Below, piece by piece: positions 21,391 through 35,244 of a stretch of 64,000 nt of DNA. The position numbers were made by a program, and so were the translations under genes. Every line of letters starts with the position of its first letter. The stretch's first letter is position 1. The stretch comes from Macrostomum lignano. Taxonomy: Eukaryota. Location of the stretch: contig NIVC01001071.1 in the NCBI GenBank assembly GCA_002269645.1, positions 179,228-243,227 on the forward strand, read 5' to 3'. The notes beneath the pieces are model-generated. The model saw only the letters and a program-made list of their open reading frames with translations. It did not search any database and was not told the origin of the DNA.

Positions 21391-24300
21391 ATGCATCAGA
21401 GGTGGCTGCTGCTGCAGCTGCTCCTGCTGATGACCATCACCTGGGGAGCACTGGCCCAGGGTTCATCTCCTGCGGTGAGTTCACGACTGACTGACTGACT
21501 GACTGACTGACTGACTGACTGACTCACTTGACTGACTGACTGACTGACTGACTGACTGACTGACTGACTGACTGACTGACTGACTGACTGACTGACTGAA
21601 TGACTGACTGACTGACTGGCTGACTGACTGACTGACTGACTGACTGACTGACTGACTGACTGACTGACTTGAGTGAGTGGCTGACTGAATGACTGACTGA
21701 CTTGAGTGAGTGGCTGACTGACTGACTAAACATCACTGCAGCGAGGCCCGCCAGGCGAGCCGGGACCGAAGGGTCAACCCGGTGAAGATGGCCGACTTGG
21801 CATCCCAGGACCTCCGGGCGACCCTGGACCGGTAAGACAATCGAGTGTTGCTTCAGTTTCGTCATAAAAAGACAGCCAAACAGCCACGATGTGTTTTTCC
21901 CATCCGCAGCCGCCAGACAGGCAGCGAGTGATGCGGACTCTCAGTCGGAGGGCGCCACCAAGGAAGACTCAGAACGGCAGCGCCAGGGCCGGGCCTGATC
22001 TCTCCGCCTTCTCCACCATGATTGTGAAAAGTGTAAGCCTGATTATGATGTCAAATTTGAGTGGGTTTGCTTTAAACTTAGGATCATTCCAGGAATGTCA
22101 AGGTCCTAATTTATGAGTTTTACTCGTCGATGAGGTCTACTCTCTCTCCTTTGTCCCCCCCCCTACTCTCCCTCACTACTCATATGCGTCTTCTTGTCTC
22201 TCTTCTCGTTTCTCCCCTCATTTTCTCACATTCTTTACTTTTTCGCTCCCTTTTTATTCTCCATCTCTACTCTCTATCTCTCTTTCTGTCTGTCTCTCTC
22301 TTAAATCTCTAATCTTGCTCCCTCTCTACTCTCCCCCTCTCTACTCTCCCCTTCCCTACTCTCCATATCTAGTCTACCCTCTTCTCTCCCCCTTGACTCT
22401 CTCCCTCTCTTCCATAGCAGTTGCATGTCGCACGCAGCAGAGCCCAGTACATCAAAGCCACAACATCACGTATTAACCATCGCGCAGGGCGAGCCGGGAG
22501 ACCGCGGGATCTCCGGTTCGCTCGGTCACGACGGCGCCCCGGGTCCTCGAGGCAAACTCGGTCCAACCGGCGACAAAGGTCGCTGGGGACCGGACGGGCC
22601 GCCGGGACCTCCCGGCATCGAAGGTCGACGAGGTCCTCCAGGTCCCAGCGGGCCGGATGGACCCGAGGGACCCTTGGGGCCGCCAGGTCCCACCGGTGTA
22701 CCCGGAGAACTTGGCAAAGTCGGCGATAAAGGAATCAAGGGCACTAAGGTATGTTATACTCTATTAAACAAATATTTCACCTTTAGCAAGTGCTTTAGTA
22801 AGATTCGTAACTGTTAGACATCCCCTAGACTGCTAGACACAGATCCCTACCCTGTTAGACACAGATCCCTACCCTGTTAGACACAGATCCCTAGTCTGTC
22901 AGACACAGATCCCTAACCTGTTAGACACAGATCCCTACCCTGTTAGACACAGATCCCTAACCTGTTAGACACAGATCCCTACCCTGTTAGACACAGATCC
23001 CTAGTCTGTCAGACACAGATCCCTAACCTGTTAGACACAGATCCCTAGTCTGTCAGACACAGATCCCTAGCCTGTTAGACACAGATCCCTAACCTGTTAG
23101 ACACAGATCCCTAGTCTGTCAGACACAGATCCCTAGCCTGTTAGACACAGATCCGTAGCCTTTTAGACACGGATTCCCCAGCCTGTTAGACACGGATTCC
23201 CCAGCATGTTAGACACAGATCCCTACCCTGTTAGACACAGATCCCCAGCCTGTTAGACACGGATTCCCCAGCCTGTTAGACACGGATTCCCCAGCATGTT
23301 AGACACAGATCCCTACCCTGTTAGACACAGATCCCCAGCCTGTTAGACACGGATTCCCCAGCCTGTTAGACACAGATCCCCAGCCTGTTAGACACGAATT
23401 CCCCAGCCTGTTAGACACAGATCCCTAGCCTGTTAGACACGAATTCCCCAGCCTGTTAGACACGGATTCCCCAGCCTGTTAGACACAGATCCCCCTGCTT
23501 GTTCGAGAGTATAAAAATCGCCAATCCGCACCCCAAGGGCCTTCTTGGCGTGCAAGGCCTGGCCGGCGAGCAGGGCGTCAAAGGCTACAAAGGTAAAACG
23601 GGGTCGCTCGGCCCCGCCGGACGAAAAGGAGACAAAGGCAACCCCGGGGATATCGGACCTCGGGGTCAGGCAGGCCAGACCGGCCCAACCGGACAGCGCG
23701 GACCGGAGGGCAGCCAGGGATCGGCCGGACCCAGGGGCAAAAAGGGCAGTCAAGGCGCGACCGGCAGGTGCGAAAAACTACATTGCGTACTTTATGACAG
23801 TACAGCAAATCTGTGAAACCTCTTAAAGAAAAATAAAGAAATTTTTTCTTTGCTCGAGTTGAAATCTCCCAGCAAAGAGCAAATTTCTTTCAGATATGTT
23901 TACACTGCTTCTCAGATCCTTCACAGATCATTCACAGGTATTTAATAGATCCTTTACAGATCGTTCACAAATCATTCGCAAATCATGCACAGAACATTCG
24001 CAGATCTTTCACATATCATTCACAGATCGTTCGCAGATTATGCACAGATCATTCACAGATATTTCACAGATCATTCACAGATTATTCACAGATCATTCAC
24101 AGATCATTCACAGATTGTTCACAGATCGTTCACAGATCACTCACAGATCATTCACAGATCAAAAGCGATTGTTTTTCACCCTCCATGGCAGGAGCGGCGA
24201 GCTCGGACCCAAAGGACCAGGCGGAGACCGCGGCCTCGCCGGCATCAAGGGCCTGATCGGTCCTGCCGGACCCATTGGCAACGCTGGCGCCGCGGGCCAG

Positions 24301-27300
24301 ACCGGAAGCGCCGGAGCTCAGGGACCGGACGGCGTGCCCGGTCTGACAGGCGCCGTCGGTATCCAGAGCAGCAAAGGCGATCGGGGAGTTGTCGGCGTCG
24401 AAGGTCCGAAAGGCATCGTGGGCGACTTGGGGCGTCCGGGCGACAGTGGACTGGAGGGTGAAACAGGATCTAAGGGAATCAGGTGAGCAAGTAACTGAAC
24501 AGCTTGTTGCAGCTTTGGATGCAAAATTTTAGTTCGTGTACAAATTAAAAAAATTGAATCAACTGTGAGGTTCTTAACGAAACTGTGAGGCTCTTGACTA
24601 AGCTGCGGGGCTCTCTACTAAGCTGTGGGGCTCTCTACTAAGCTATAGGGCTCTCTACTAAGCTGTGGGGCTCTCTACTAAGCTTTAGGGCTTCTACTAA
24701 GTTTTGGGGCTTCTACTAAGCTTTGGGGCTCTCTACTAATCTGTTGGGCTCTACTAAACTAGTAGAGCTAAACTAAGTTGTGTATCTCTTTACCAAGTAT
24801 ATGAGGCTCTCGACTTGACTTAACATGAGACAGTTTAGTTTCAAACTATGCATATGGGAATGGGACTCTCGATTACATATGCGGTTTCTAGATAAACTGC
24901 AGCTATAATTAGTACTTGAATCCATTGCGCAGAGGCGAAGTTGGCGATATCGGCGACACGGGCGACGGCGGAAACGGCGGCCTACAGGGTCAGCTGGGCG
25001 CCGCGGGGCCACGCGGTCTGGTTGGCAGCAAGGGACCGATTGGAGGTTCCGGAGAGGTTGGCTTGATTGGGCGGCCGGGTGACATTGGCCACAGGGGCTT
25101 GCCGGGAGCACCTGGGCTACCCGGCGACGTGGGCGACCCTGGGTCTAGCGGCGAAGATGGTGAAAAAGGCCCAAGTGGCGACGCTGGTCTGCAGGGTCAA
25201 AAAGGACCGATTGGAGAGCGAGGTCGGAAGGGTCCGGATGGCAGACAAGGTAAGAAGAGGCTCTGGACTGTAGTTCGGGCTCTCGACTAAGAATTTGTGC
25301 TGTTCAACCAGACGTTTGGGCTCTGGATCATATATTTCAGCATGGTGATTAGCATTAGACTTTCATTAGGCTCTTAGCAAAGCGTTTGGGCTTTTAATAG
25401 ATCAGAAAGCTGTCGGCCAATAGCTGTTTGTTTACCTGGGTGTTTTGGCATTTGTAGTATTTAGTAATCAAATCAAATTTAGACTCTCTGAACAAGCTCA
25501 GCCAACTCAAGAAACTCAATCAGTTGAACATTAACTAACTGATTTGGGACATTTAACTAAAATTTGGGGCTCTAGACCACAAAATGGAGCTGTCGTCTTA
25601 ACTCTGGGTCTCTTGGGTAAAATTTGAGGCTTTCATCTATTTTTAAAGTTTAAACTCTCGACTTAGGTGAGGCTTTCGACTAAAATTTGGGGCTCTTTGG
25701 TATAGAATTTAAGGCTTTCGACTAGTTCTTTAGATTTAAATATGGAGCTCGCGACTAAGATTTGGGGCTCTCGACTAAAAGTTGGGCTCTCGGGTAAAAT
25801 TTGATCTTTGAGGCTTTCTACTACTAAGACCTAAATTATTACTATGGACAAGGTGTCGACCATTATTTTAAGGTTAGGTACATCAGTTGACAAAGGTAAT
25901 GACAGCAATGTTAACGAACCAACAGGTTTTGACGGCAAGCAGGGCGACGCTGGTCAGGTTGGCAGGGTTGGCCGCCTGGGCGCCACCGGCTTCTCCGGCG
26001 AGATCGGCGCCGCTGGACCGCCCGGCCCTCAAGGCACGCGCGGTGAGACCGGCCTGCTTGGTAGCGACGGCACAATGGGACCTCGCGGAGCGCCAGGCAC
26101 TGAGGGCGAGCGCGGCGGGCGGGGCACGCAGGGTGCTCAGGTAAAGTGCACATTTCGCACTTTTGCACCTTGCCGTGGGCTGGTTCTGCGGTTTGCCCTC
26201 ATTGAGAGTCGATTTACCCGCAGGGTCGTCTGGGTCCGCCCGGCGACAAAGGCGCCCGCGGAGCGTCCGGAAAAAGAGGCGCCGACGGCGCCCTCGGTCG
26301 AGTCGGTCAGCAGGGCGCCGACGGCAAGGCTGGCGCCGCTGGTCCGCGCGGATTCGGCGGCTCTCGCGGCGAAATCGGACCGCGCGGCGCCCCCGGACTG
26401 CCCGGCGTTGTTGGCGAGCCGGGCGCCCCAGGCGGCCCGGGCAAACCCGGAGAGAAAGGGCCAAACGGCGAGATGGGATTGGTCGGCGCCACGGGCTCCA
26501 AAGGCGAGAAAGGCGACGCGGGGCCACAGGGCCTGCCAGGCATCGCGGGCGTCCTCGGCCGCACCGGCGCCACGGGGCCCAGCGGAGAGAAGGGCGCCCA
26601 GGGCGCGAAGGGCCGCCAGGGCCCCATAGGCCAGGCTGGCCCCGAAGGTCTCGAAGGCAAGCTGGGCCCCGAGGGTGTGCCGGGAGTCTGGGGCGTCGCC
26701 GGGATCAAAGGCGAGAACGGCGACGTCGGACCGATCGGCCGCAAAGGCGACATTGGCGGCGAAGGACTACCCGGGATGCTGGGCGACCCAGGAGACCTGG
26801 GACCGCCTGGGCCGCCCGGCCGGTCCGGGGTGACCGGAGCCAGGGGCGAGCCCGGCGTTCCGGGACTTCAGGTAATGCCGTTATTTCGATAGTACTTGCG
26901 CCTACTTAAAGTAGCAGTTATCGGGTATTTACGAGCTATTAAGTTGGCAAATTAAATGAACAAATCTTTGAATTAAACTATGGCTTTGGGGATACTCTGA
27001 CACTCTACTGACACAATTCTGACACTCTACTGACACAATTCTGACACTCTACTGACACAATTTAGACACTCTACTGACACAATTCAGACACTCTACTGAC
27101 ACAATTTAGACACTCTACTGACACAATTCTGACACTCTACTGACACAATTTAGACACTCTACTGACACAATTTAGACACTCTACTGACACAATTCAGACA
27201 CTCTACTGACACAATTCAGACACTCTACTGACACAATTCAGACACTCTACTGACACAATTCAGACACTCTACTGACACAATTCTGACACTCTACTGACAC

Positions 27301-30300
27301 AATTCAGACACTCTACTGACACAATTCAGACACTCTACTGACACAATTCAGACACTCTACTGACACAATTCAGACACTCTACTGACACAATTCTGACACT
27401 CTACTGACACAATTCAGACACTCTACTGACACAATTTAGACACTCTACTGACACAATTCTGACACTCTACTGACACAATTCACACACTCTACTGACACAA
27501 TTCAGACACTCTACTGACACAATTCTGACACTCTACTGACACAATTCAGACACTCTACTGACACAATTCAGACACTCTACTGACACAATTCAGACACTCT
27601 ACTGACACAATTCAGACACTCTACTGACACAATTCAGACACTCTACTGACACAATTCAGACACTCTACTGACACAATTCAGACACTCTACTGACACAATT
27701 CAGACACTCTACTGACACAATTCAGACACTCTACTGACACAATACTTTACTATACATAATGATCTGTGAAACTACTCGAAGTAGCTTCAAAGCAAACGAA
27801 AAAAACAAAATAAAAATCGGATCGAATCTCAGGGCGACACCGGGTCGCCAGGCGAGCGAGGACCTCCGGGCAACGTCGGCAGCCCGGGCGTCGAAGGCAA
27901 CGCCGGCCTGCCGGGAGAGCGGGGTGTCCGCGGCACCGCCGGGGACCCCGGCACTGACGGCGCAGTCGGACCGCAGGGCGTCATGGGACCGACGGGCTAT
28001 AAAGGAGACACTGGACCCCAGGGCGAGCAGGTTTGTTGTTGGCTGTCACTTTTTTCTCTGGCAGTTGTCGCAGTCACTGCTCAAAGATCTCTCAGCATGA
28101 ATGTCAATAAATGATCTTACTTGTAGATTTTACCTGTAGATTCCGCCCATAGATCTCATCAATAGCTCTTAGTTATGGATTTCACTGCTAGATCTCACCT
28201 GGAATCTCAGCTGTAGATCTCATTACGACGCCTCACCTGTAGATCTCACTAATGGACATATCTCATCAGTAATATCAACCATTAATCAATAGACCGTGTC
28301 GATAAAGCCTATCTAATTACAAGCTAATTATACATGCAAATATACAATTCTCCTCCAACAGGGCCCACGCGGCTCAAAAGGAGACCTCGGACCGAATGGG
28401 CCGCCCGGTCCGCAGGGCCCGGTAGGCCGCCAGGGTCTCAAAGGATTGCGCGGCGACACGGGAGAGACTGGCATAACGGGACTCGATGGCGCCGTCGGTC
28501 CAGTTGGCGCCATGGGCATGGAGGGTCGGCGCGGGCTGCCGGGCGATCTGGGAGTTCGAGGAGACCCAGGCCAGCCGGGCGAAGAAGGAGAATCGGTATG
28601 TTTCATCACACGGATCAACTCGTTTGATCTGAGTGCGCTGTCATGGCTTATCAGGGCTTATCAAGGGTTATCAAGGCTTATAAGGGCTTGTCAGGTTATC
28701 GAGGCTTATCAAGGGTTATTGAGGCTTATCAAGGGCTTATCAATGGTTATCGAGGCTTATCAGAGCTTGCCAAGGGTTATAGAGGCTTATAGAGGCTTAT
28801 CAAGGGTTATCGAGGCTTATCAAGGGTTATTGAGGCTTATCAAGGGCTTATCAATGGTTATCGAGGCTTATCAGAGCTTACCAAAGGGTTACAGAGGCTT
28901 ATAGAGGCTTATCAAGAGTTAACAAGGCTTATCAAGGGTCTTTGAGGCTTATCAAGGGTTATAAAAGCTTATCAAGGGTTATCGAGGCTTATCAAGGGCT
29001 TATATCAAGGGCTTATCAAGGATAATCGAGGCTTATCAGGGCTTATCAAGGGTTATCGAGGCTTATCAGAGCTTATGAATGGTTATCGAGGCTTATCGAG
29101 GCTTATCAAGGGTTATAGAGGCTTATCAAGGGCTTATCAATGATAATCAATGCTTATCAGGGCTTATCAAGGGTTATAGAGGCTTATCAAGGGCTTATCA
29201 ATGATAATCAATGCTTATCAGGGCTTATCAAGGGTTATATAGGCTTATCTAGACGTATCAAGGGTTATAGAGGCTTTTCAGGGCTTTATAAAGACTTTTT
29301 AAGCAACACACCTGAATTATCTAAACAAAGTCTTTAATTTGTTTGTCTAATGCCTAGGCCAACAAAGGTTTACGCGAGACTGCATAGGCTTGAATAGAAA
29401 GCAGTTCTGCACTTATTAGACTACTTCAGCCAGACGTTCAAACGCTCACTCACTTCCAGGGTGCCATCGGGCCCCAGGGCAGCACAGGGGACACCGGGCC
29501 CCAGGGCAGTGCGGGCAGGCCTGGAGAGCCCGGTCCCGTCGGCGACGTCGGACCCATCGGTCCGGCAGGTCCTCAAGGTCGGCAGGGCAGCAAAGGCGCA
29601 CTTGGACCGGCTGGCACGCCCGGTCCCACGGGACTGACTGGACCTCAGGTGAGCTTGCTGAGATTATTCGTGTTGCCTGCCAATTTCACACGGAATACCT
29701 TTACTTTTATTAGTCGCAGTACTGAATTCTTGACACGGCTGATGAAAAGCCAGACGAGATCGACGACTCCTTAAGCAGATTATAACAAATAAACGTGAAC
29801 ATGAATAATTTTGGCCTTTCCTTATTCGAACTAGTTTTGTGTCCAACAGGTGCGTTTGAATATCAATAAAATAGGAAACGCCGGTTATAACAAAAACAAA
29901 CAAAGCTTGGCAAGACTTCATGCTACATACTTCAGCCTAGTCACTTTTGGCATTCGAATTGTCGACGTGTCTATTGCCTTTTGAACCGGACAAAAAAAGT
30001 CAAAAAGTCTTACGACATACGTATCTTTAACCCTTATTTTTAAAACCGTCCAAGGGCTACCAAGGCATGATGGGTTCGGCCGGTCCGCCTGGACCAGACG
30101 GCGAGACCGGCAAGCCGGGTCCCGACGGACCAGTGGGACCGCCCGGTCAGCCAGGCTACCGAGGCCTGCAAGGCGACCAGGGCGCTCAGGGTCAAAAAGG
30201 CTCCATAGGACCAACAGGTCGAATTGGCGACCGGGGCCAAGCCGGCGAGGCTGGCGACGCCGGCGCTCCGGGTCTCCCCGGTCCACTGGGCGAGGTCGGG

Positions 30301-32219
30301 CCGCGCGGACACGAAGGCAAGAAGGGTGCCCGCGGTGAAGTCGGCATTCGAGGCAGTGAAGGTCGCAAAGGCGATACCGGTCAGAAAGGACCGAACGGAG
30401 ACGTGGGGCCCGAGGGCAGGCCCGGCTCGGACGGTCTGCGAGGCCCCATCGGTCCACCCGGAGACCAGGGATACAAGGGACCCGCTGGCTCTCAAGTAAG
30501 TCTAAAAATAATTATTAGGTGTATCCTTTTTTCAACAGTCTCATAGGTGCAAAGGTGGTGCCAAGCACTTTGAGGCAAGGGTAGAATTACTATACCTGTC
30601 GATCTTACTTCGCAGGGTCCCCCCGGCGAAGACGTCGTCGTGTCCGGCAATCCCAGCGAAGTGTTTCAACGCGACTCTCCAGATGGTACCAAGGAGGACG
30701 TCTTCGAGGCCTTACTGCGCCTGTCAAGATCCATCGACGAGTTGCGCCGGCCACGAACCTGCGCCGACATCCGCATGGACCGGCCGGACGCGCCGGACGG
30801 GATCTACACAATCGACCCCAACCTGGGAGCAGATTCGGACGCCATTCAGGTCCGCTGCCTGATGGAAACTATGGAGACCTGCGTGCAGCCGAGTCGCTTT
30901 TCGGTATTGTTTTGTTCTAAATTCTTTTTTGTTTTTAAGACAGACTAAAATAGACTACCGGTATAAGAATAAAACTCCAGCCCGCGGGCCACATGCGGCC
31001 CACAAAGCCTCTCTATTCGGCCCTCGGGTTAGTTGAAACTTCACAAAAGCAATCCGGACCGTTCAATGTTTGTGTCTCTTCTCTCTTCTCTCCTCTCTCT
31101 TCTCTCTTATCTTCTCTCCTCTCCCCTTTCATTTCCTCTCATCTCACCTCTCATCCCATGAGTCATCTCATCTCTCCTCTCCTCCATCGCCTCTTTCCTC
31201 TTTCTTCTTTCCTCTTTCCTCTTTTTTCCCCTTTACGAGCGTATCCCCTTTTCCCTCTAGCCAGATCACGGTTTAGCTATACGAGCAAAATTTTAGTTTA
31301 ATAAACTTGTCCATTCAGCCTCGGACAAAGTACTGTTACGCAATTGATAGATTTGCGGAACGGGCATTCTTGATTGATTTATCGCATAGAAATTCGAATC
31401 GCTACAAAGGTAGTATTCATACTTTCTTGAAACTGCATAGGCACCTTTGAGGTACTGTTGCGGGTTTTTACACTTTCCAAACTTTGCTTGGCTTCAGGTC
31501 TTCTTAGGATTTTGAAACTCATGGATCATTGAGTTCACATCCGTATGAAAGCATCTATAAACTCACTGTTTTTAGCTTGATACGAGAGTCAAGAACAAGC
31601 CCAATGATCAAGAGGTTGTCTGGCTGTTCTACAATGATCCCGGAATGGAAGTGAGTTCATTGTGCACTCTGATTCTAGCGAGCGAATAGAAAGTTCCAGG
31701 TGCAGAAAATAGCAGTTGCCGACCGCCTCGAATTTCAGCTCACATACCCGATCCCGGAAGACCAGATGCACTTCCTGCGCATGCTGAACGATCGCGCGAC
31801 TCAAAAGGTGAACTACTCCTGCGTCAATGTTGGCAACGTGGACTCCGAAGAGGTGCAAATTGTGTTGAGCACCGATGATGTTATGAAGAAGCAGGATAAC
31901 AATGGCATGGCTGTTCTCAAGGACGGTTGCAAGGTTGGTTTCAAGTTAACGACCTACTTTATGGGGATTTATTAAAATCTACTTGAGTTCAAAATTTTGC
32001 ATTCAGGCCAACTACCCGAGCTGGAAGGAGACTTGGCTGTCGATCTCCGGCAACTCGTTGCTGCTGCCAGTGCGCGATGTCGGCATGCCCAAGTCGGGCA
32101 CCTACGGTGTCGAGATTGGCGAAGTCTGCTTCCGCAGGATGCCGCGTCCGCCGCGACCGACTCCATCGCCGGAGGTGACCGCTCGTGTCAAAGCGGCTCG
32201 TAAACTCCTGCGACTGTAG
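21391..32219 (+). CDS. Fibrillar collagen alpha chain B (~1363 aa; 17 exons: 21391-21474, 21742-21831, 21910-22032, 22488-22748, 23538-23767, 24192-24482, 24933-25249, 25926-26140, 26224-26871, 27833-28030, 28362-28595, 29460-29648, 30055-30495, 30616-30903, 31576-31650, 31739-31933, 32007-32219)
   Basis: Signal peptide [22 protein letters not shown], short minor helix, basic linker, then a major helix summing to 1014 residues by this model. COLFI domain (RTC...GIYTIDPN...LLPVRDV...GVEIGEVCF). The acceptor at 22488 is the least certain junction. Confidence 0.9.
21482..21728. repeat. (GACT)n microsatellite in collagen B intron 1
   Basis: Directly visible. Confidence 0.97.
22813..23495. repeat. 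Intronic minisatellite, 22-23-bp unit (ctgttagacacagatccctagc)
   Basis: About 30 copies with two variant blocks. Confidence 0.95.
23925..24160. repeat. Intronic minisatellite, 11-bp unit (acagatcattc)
   Basis: Directly visible, degenerate to the left. Confidence 0.9.
24595..24760. repeat. Intronic minisatellite, ~20-bp unit (ctaagctgtggggctctcta); degenerate relatives at 25270-25820
   Basis: About 8 copies; the motif gggctctcgactaa recurs in the next intron. Confidence 0.85.
26995..27742. repeat. Intronic minisatellite, 22-bp unit (gacactctactgacacaattca)
   Basis: About 34 near-perfect copies. Confidence 0.97.
28645..29270. repeat. Intronic minisatellite, ~20-bp unit (gaggcttatcaagggttatc) built of 10-bp subunits
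   Basis: Directly visible. Confidence 0.92.
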
Positions 32220-32387
32220 TTGGATCATTGGGCGAGGTGATCAAAAACGACAATTTTGAATGATTATGAGTATTTGTTAAGCTTTCACAAGGAACGCTTG
32301 AAAAATATACAAAATTATTGGTATTGCGAGGCGTTAAGTGGATACTTAAAGGTGATAGGAAGTTCTACCTTATCTAAGCAAAGTGTT

Positions 32388-32660
32388 CAGTCGGTGCCTG
32401 GATTGGTAGAAACTCTTCTGGCTTATTGAAGTGAGGAATTCAGTCGGTGCCTCGATCGGTAGAAACTCCTCTGGCTTATTGAAGTGAGAAATTCAGTCGG
32501 TGCCTCGATCGGTAGAAACTCTTCTGGCTTATTGAAATGAGGAATTCAGTCGGTGCCTGGATCGGTAAAAGCTCTTCTGGCTTATTGAAGTGAGGAATTC
32601 AGTCGGTGCCTCGATCGGTAGAAACTTCTGGCTTATTGAAGTGAGGAATTCAGTCGGTAC
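32388..32660. repeat. Tandem repeat, ~53-bp unit x ~5 (cagtcggtgcctcgatcggtagaaactcttctggcttattgaagtgaggaatt)
   Basis: Head-to-tail copies with no unique spacers. Confidence 0.9.
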
Positions 32661-33244
32661 ATAGAGTAACATTATATAATCACTTTTATCAAATCTTTAA
32701 AGAGAACCGTTAAAAACTGATTTATTTCAGATGCAGCCAGAAGATTTTCATCGTCCGCAGCTTGCAGAGTACAGAGTACTGAGTGCAAAACTTTCGTCGG
32801 CTTTAATACAAATTTGGTTTATAAAGTAACTATTAGCACTTCTGACAATTTTAAATAGCTCTGCACCTCGTCATACAATGAAAAACGCATACTGTGTTAC
32901 ATCTTTTTCAAAAATAAACAGCCAAGCGGCTAAAATTATATATGGTTTTTATATTTTAATTGGCATCCACAAATACACTGCAATATAATAAGGAACGGAT
33001 ATACGTTACATTAGATAAAGTTTTTGATTTCTACAGTATTTATTACTACTGTCGAGTAATTAACGCCGATTTAAACGTTGATGACACTTGCAGAGACGAC
33101 CGTCTGAGGGGAAGAGTCTAAGCAGAGATTCTGATGGCGGAAGATTCTGCGGTTATGTGAGATACTGACGTTGGAGTCTGAGGTTGAGAGTCTGAGAGGG
33201 AAAAGTCTGAGAGGCAGGAGTCAGAGAGAGGAGAGGCTGAGGAG

Positions 33245-33880
33245 ATTCTAGGGGTGAGAGTCTGAGGGTGAGAGTCTGAGGGCGAGAGTCTGAGGGTGAG
33301 AGTCTGAGGGTGAGAGTCTGAGGGTGAGAGTCTGAGGGTGAGAGTCTGAGGGTGAGAGTCTGAGGGTGAGAGTCTGAGGGCGAGAGTCTGAGGGTGAGAG
33401 TCTGAGGGTGAGAGTCTGAGGGTGAGAGTCTGAGGGTGAGAGTCTGAGGGTGAGAGTCTGAGGGTGAGAGTCTGAGGGTGAGAGTCTGAGGGTGAGAGTC
33501 TGAGAGTGAGAGTCTGAGGGTGAGAGTCTGAGGGTGAGAGTCTGAGGGTGAGAATCTGAGGGTGAGAGTCTGAGGGTGAGAGTCTAAGGGTGAGAGTCTG
33601 AGGGTGAGAGTCTGAGGGTGAGAGTCTGAGGGTAAGAGTCTGAGGGTAAGAGTCTGAGGGTGAGAGTCTGAGGGTGAGAGTCTGAGGGTGAGAGTCTGAG
33701 GGTGAGAGTCTGAGGGTGAGAGTCTGAGGGTGAGAGTCTGAGGGTGAGAGTCTGAGGGTGAGAGTCTGAGGGTGAGAGTCTGAGGGTGAGAGTCTGAGGG
33801 TGAGAGTCTGAGGGTGAGAGTCTGAGGGTGAGAGTCTGAGGGTGAGAGTCTGAGGGTGAGAATCTGAGGGTGAGAGTCCT
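33245..33880. repeat. Minisatellite, 14-bp unit (gagggtgagagtct)
   Basis: About 45 highly homogeneous copies immediately 3' of the SPMAP1-like stop codon. Confidence 0.97.
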
Positions 33881-33894
33881 AGAGAGAGAGTCAG

Positions 33895-35244
<1,350 letters not shown>

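Noticed and set aside
13761-30495. Many Pro/Gly/Arg/Ala-rich ORFs overlapping the collagen exons
   Set aside because: Antisense or off-frame shadows of GC-rich Gly-X-Y codons.
32388-32660. 53-bp repeats containing gtcggtgc, superficially CRISPR- or tracrRNA-like
   Set aside because: Head-to-tail with no unique spacers, eukaryotic context and no cas genes; a coincidental short match.
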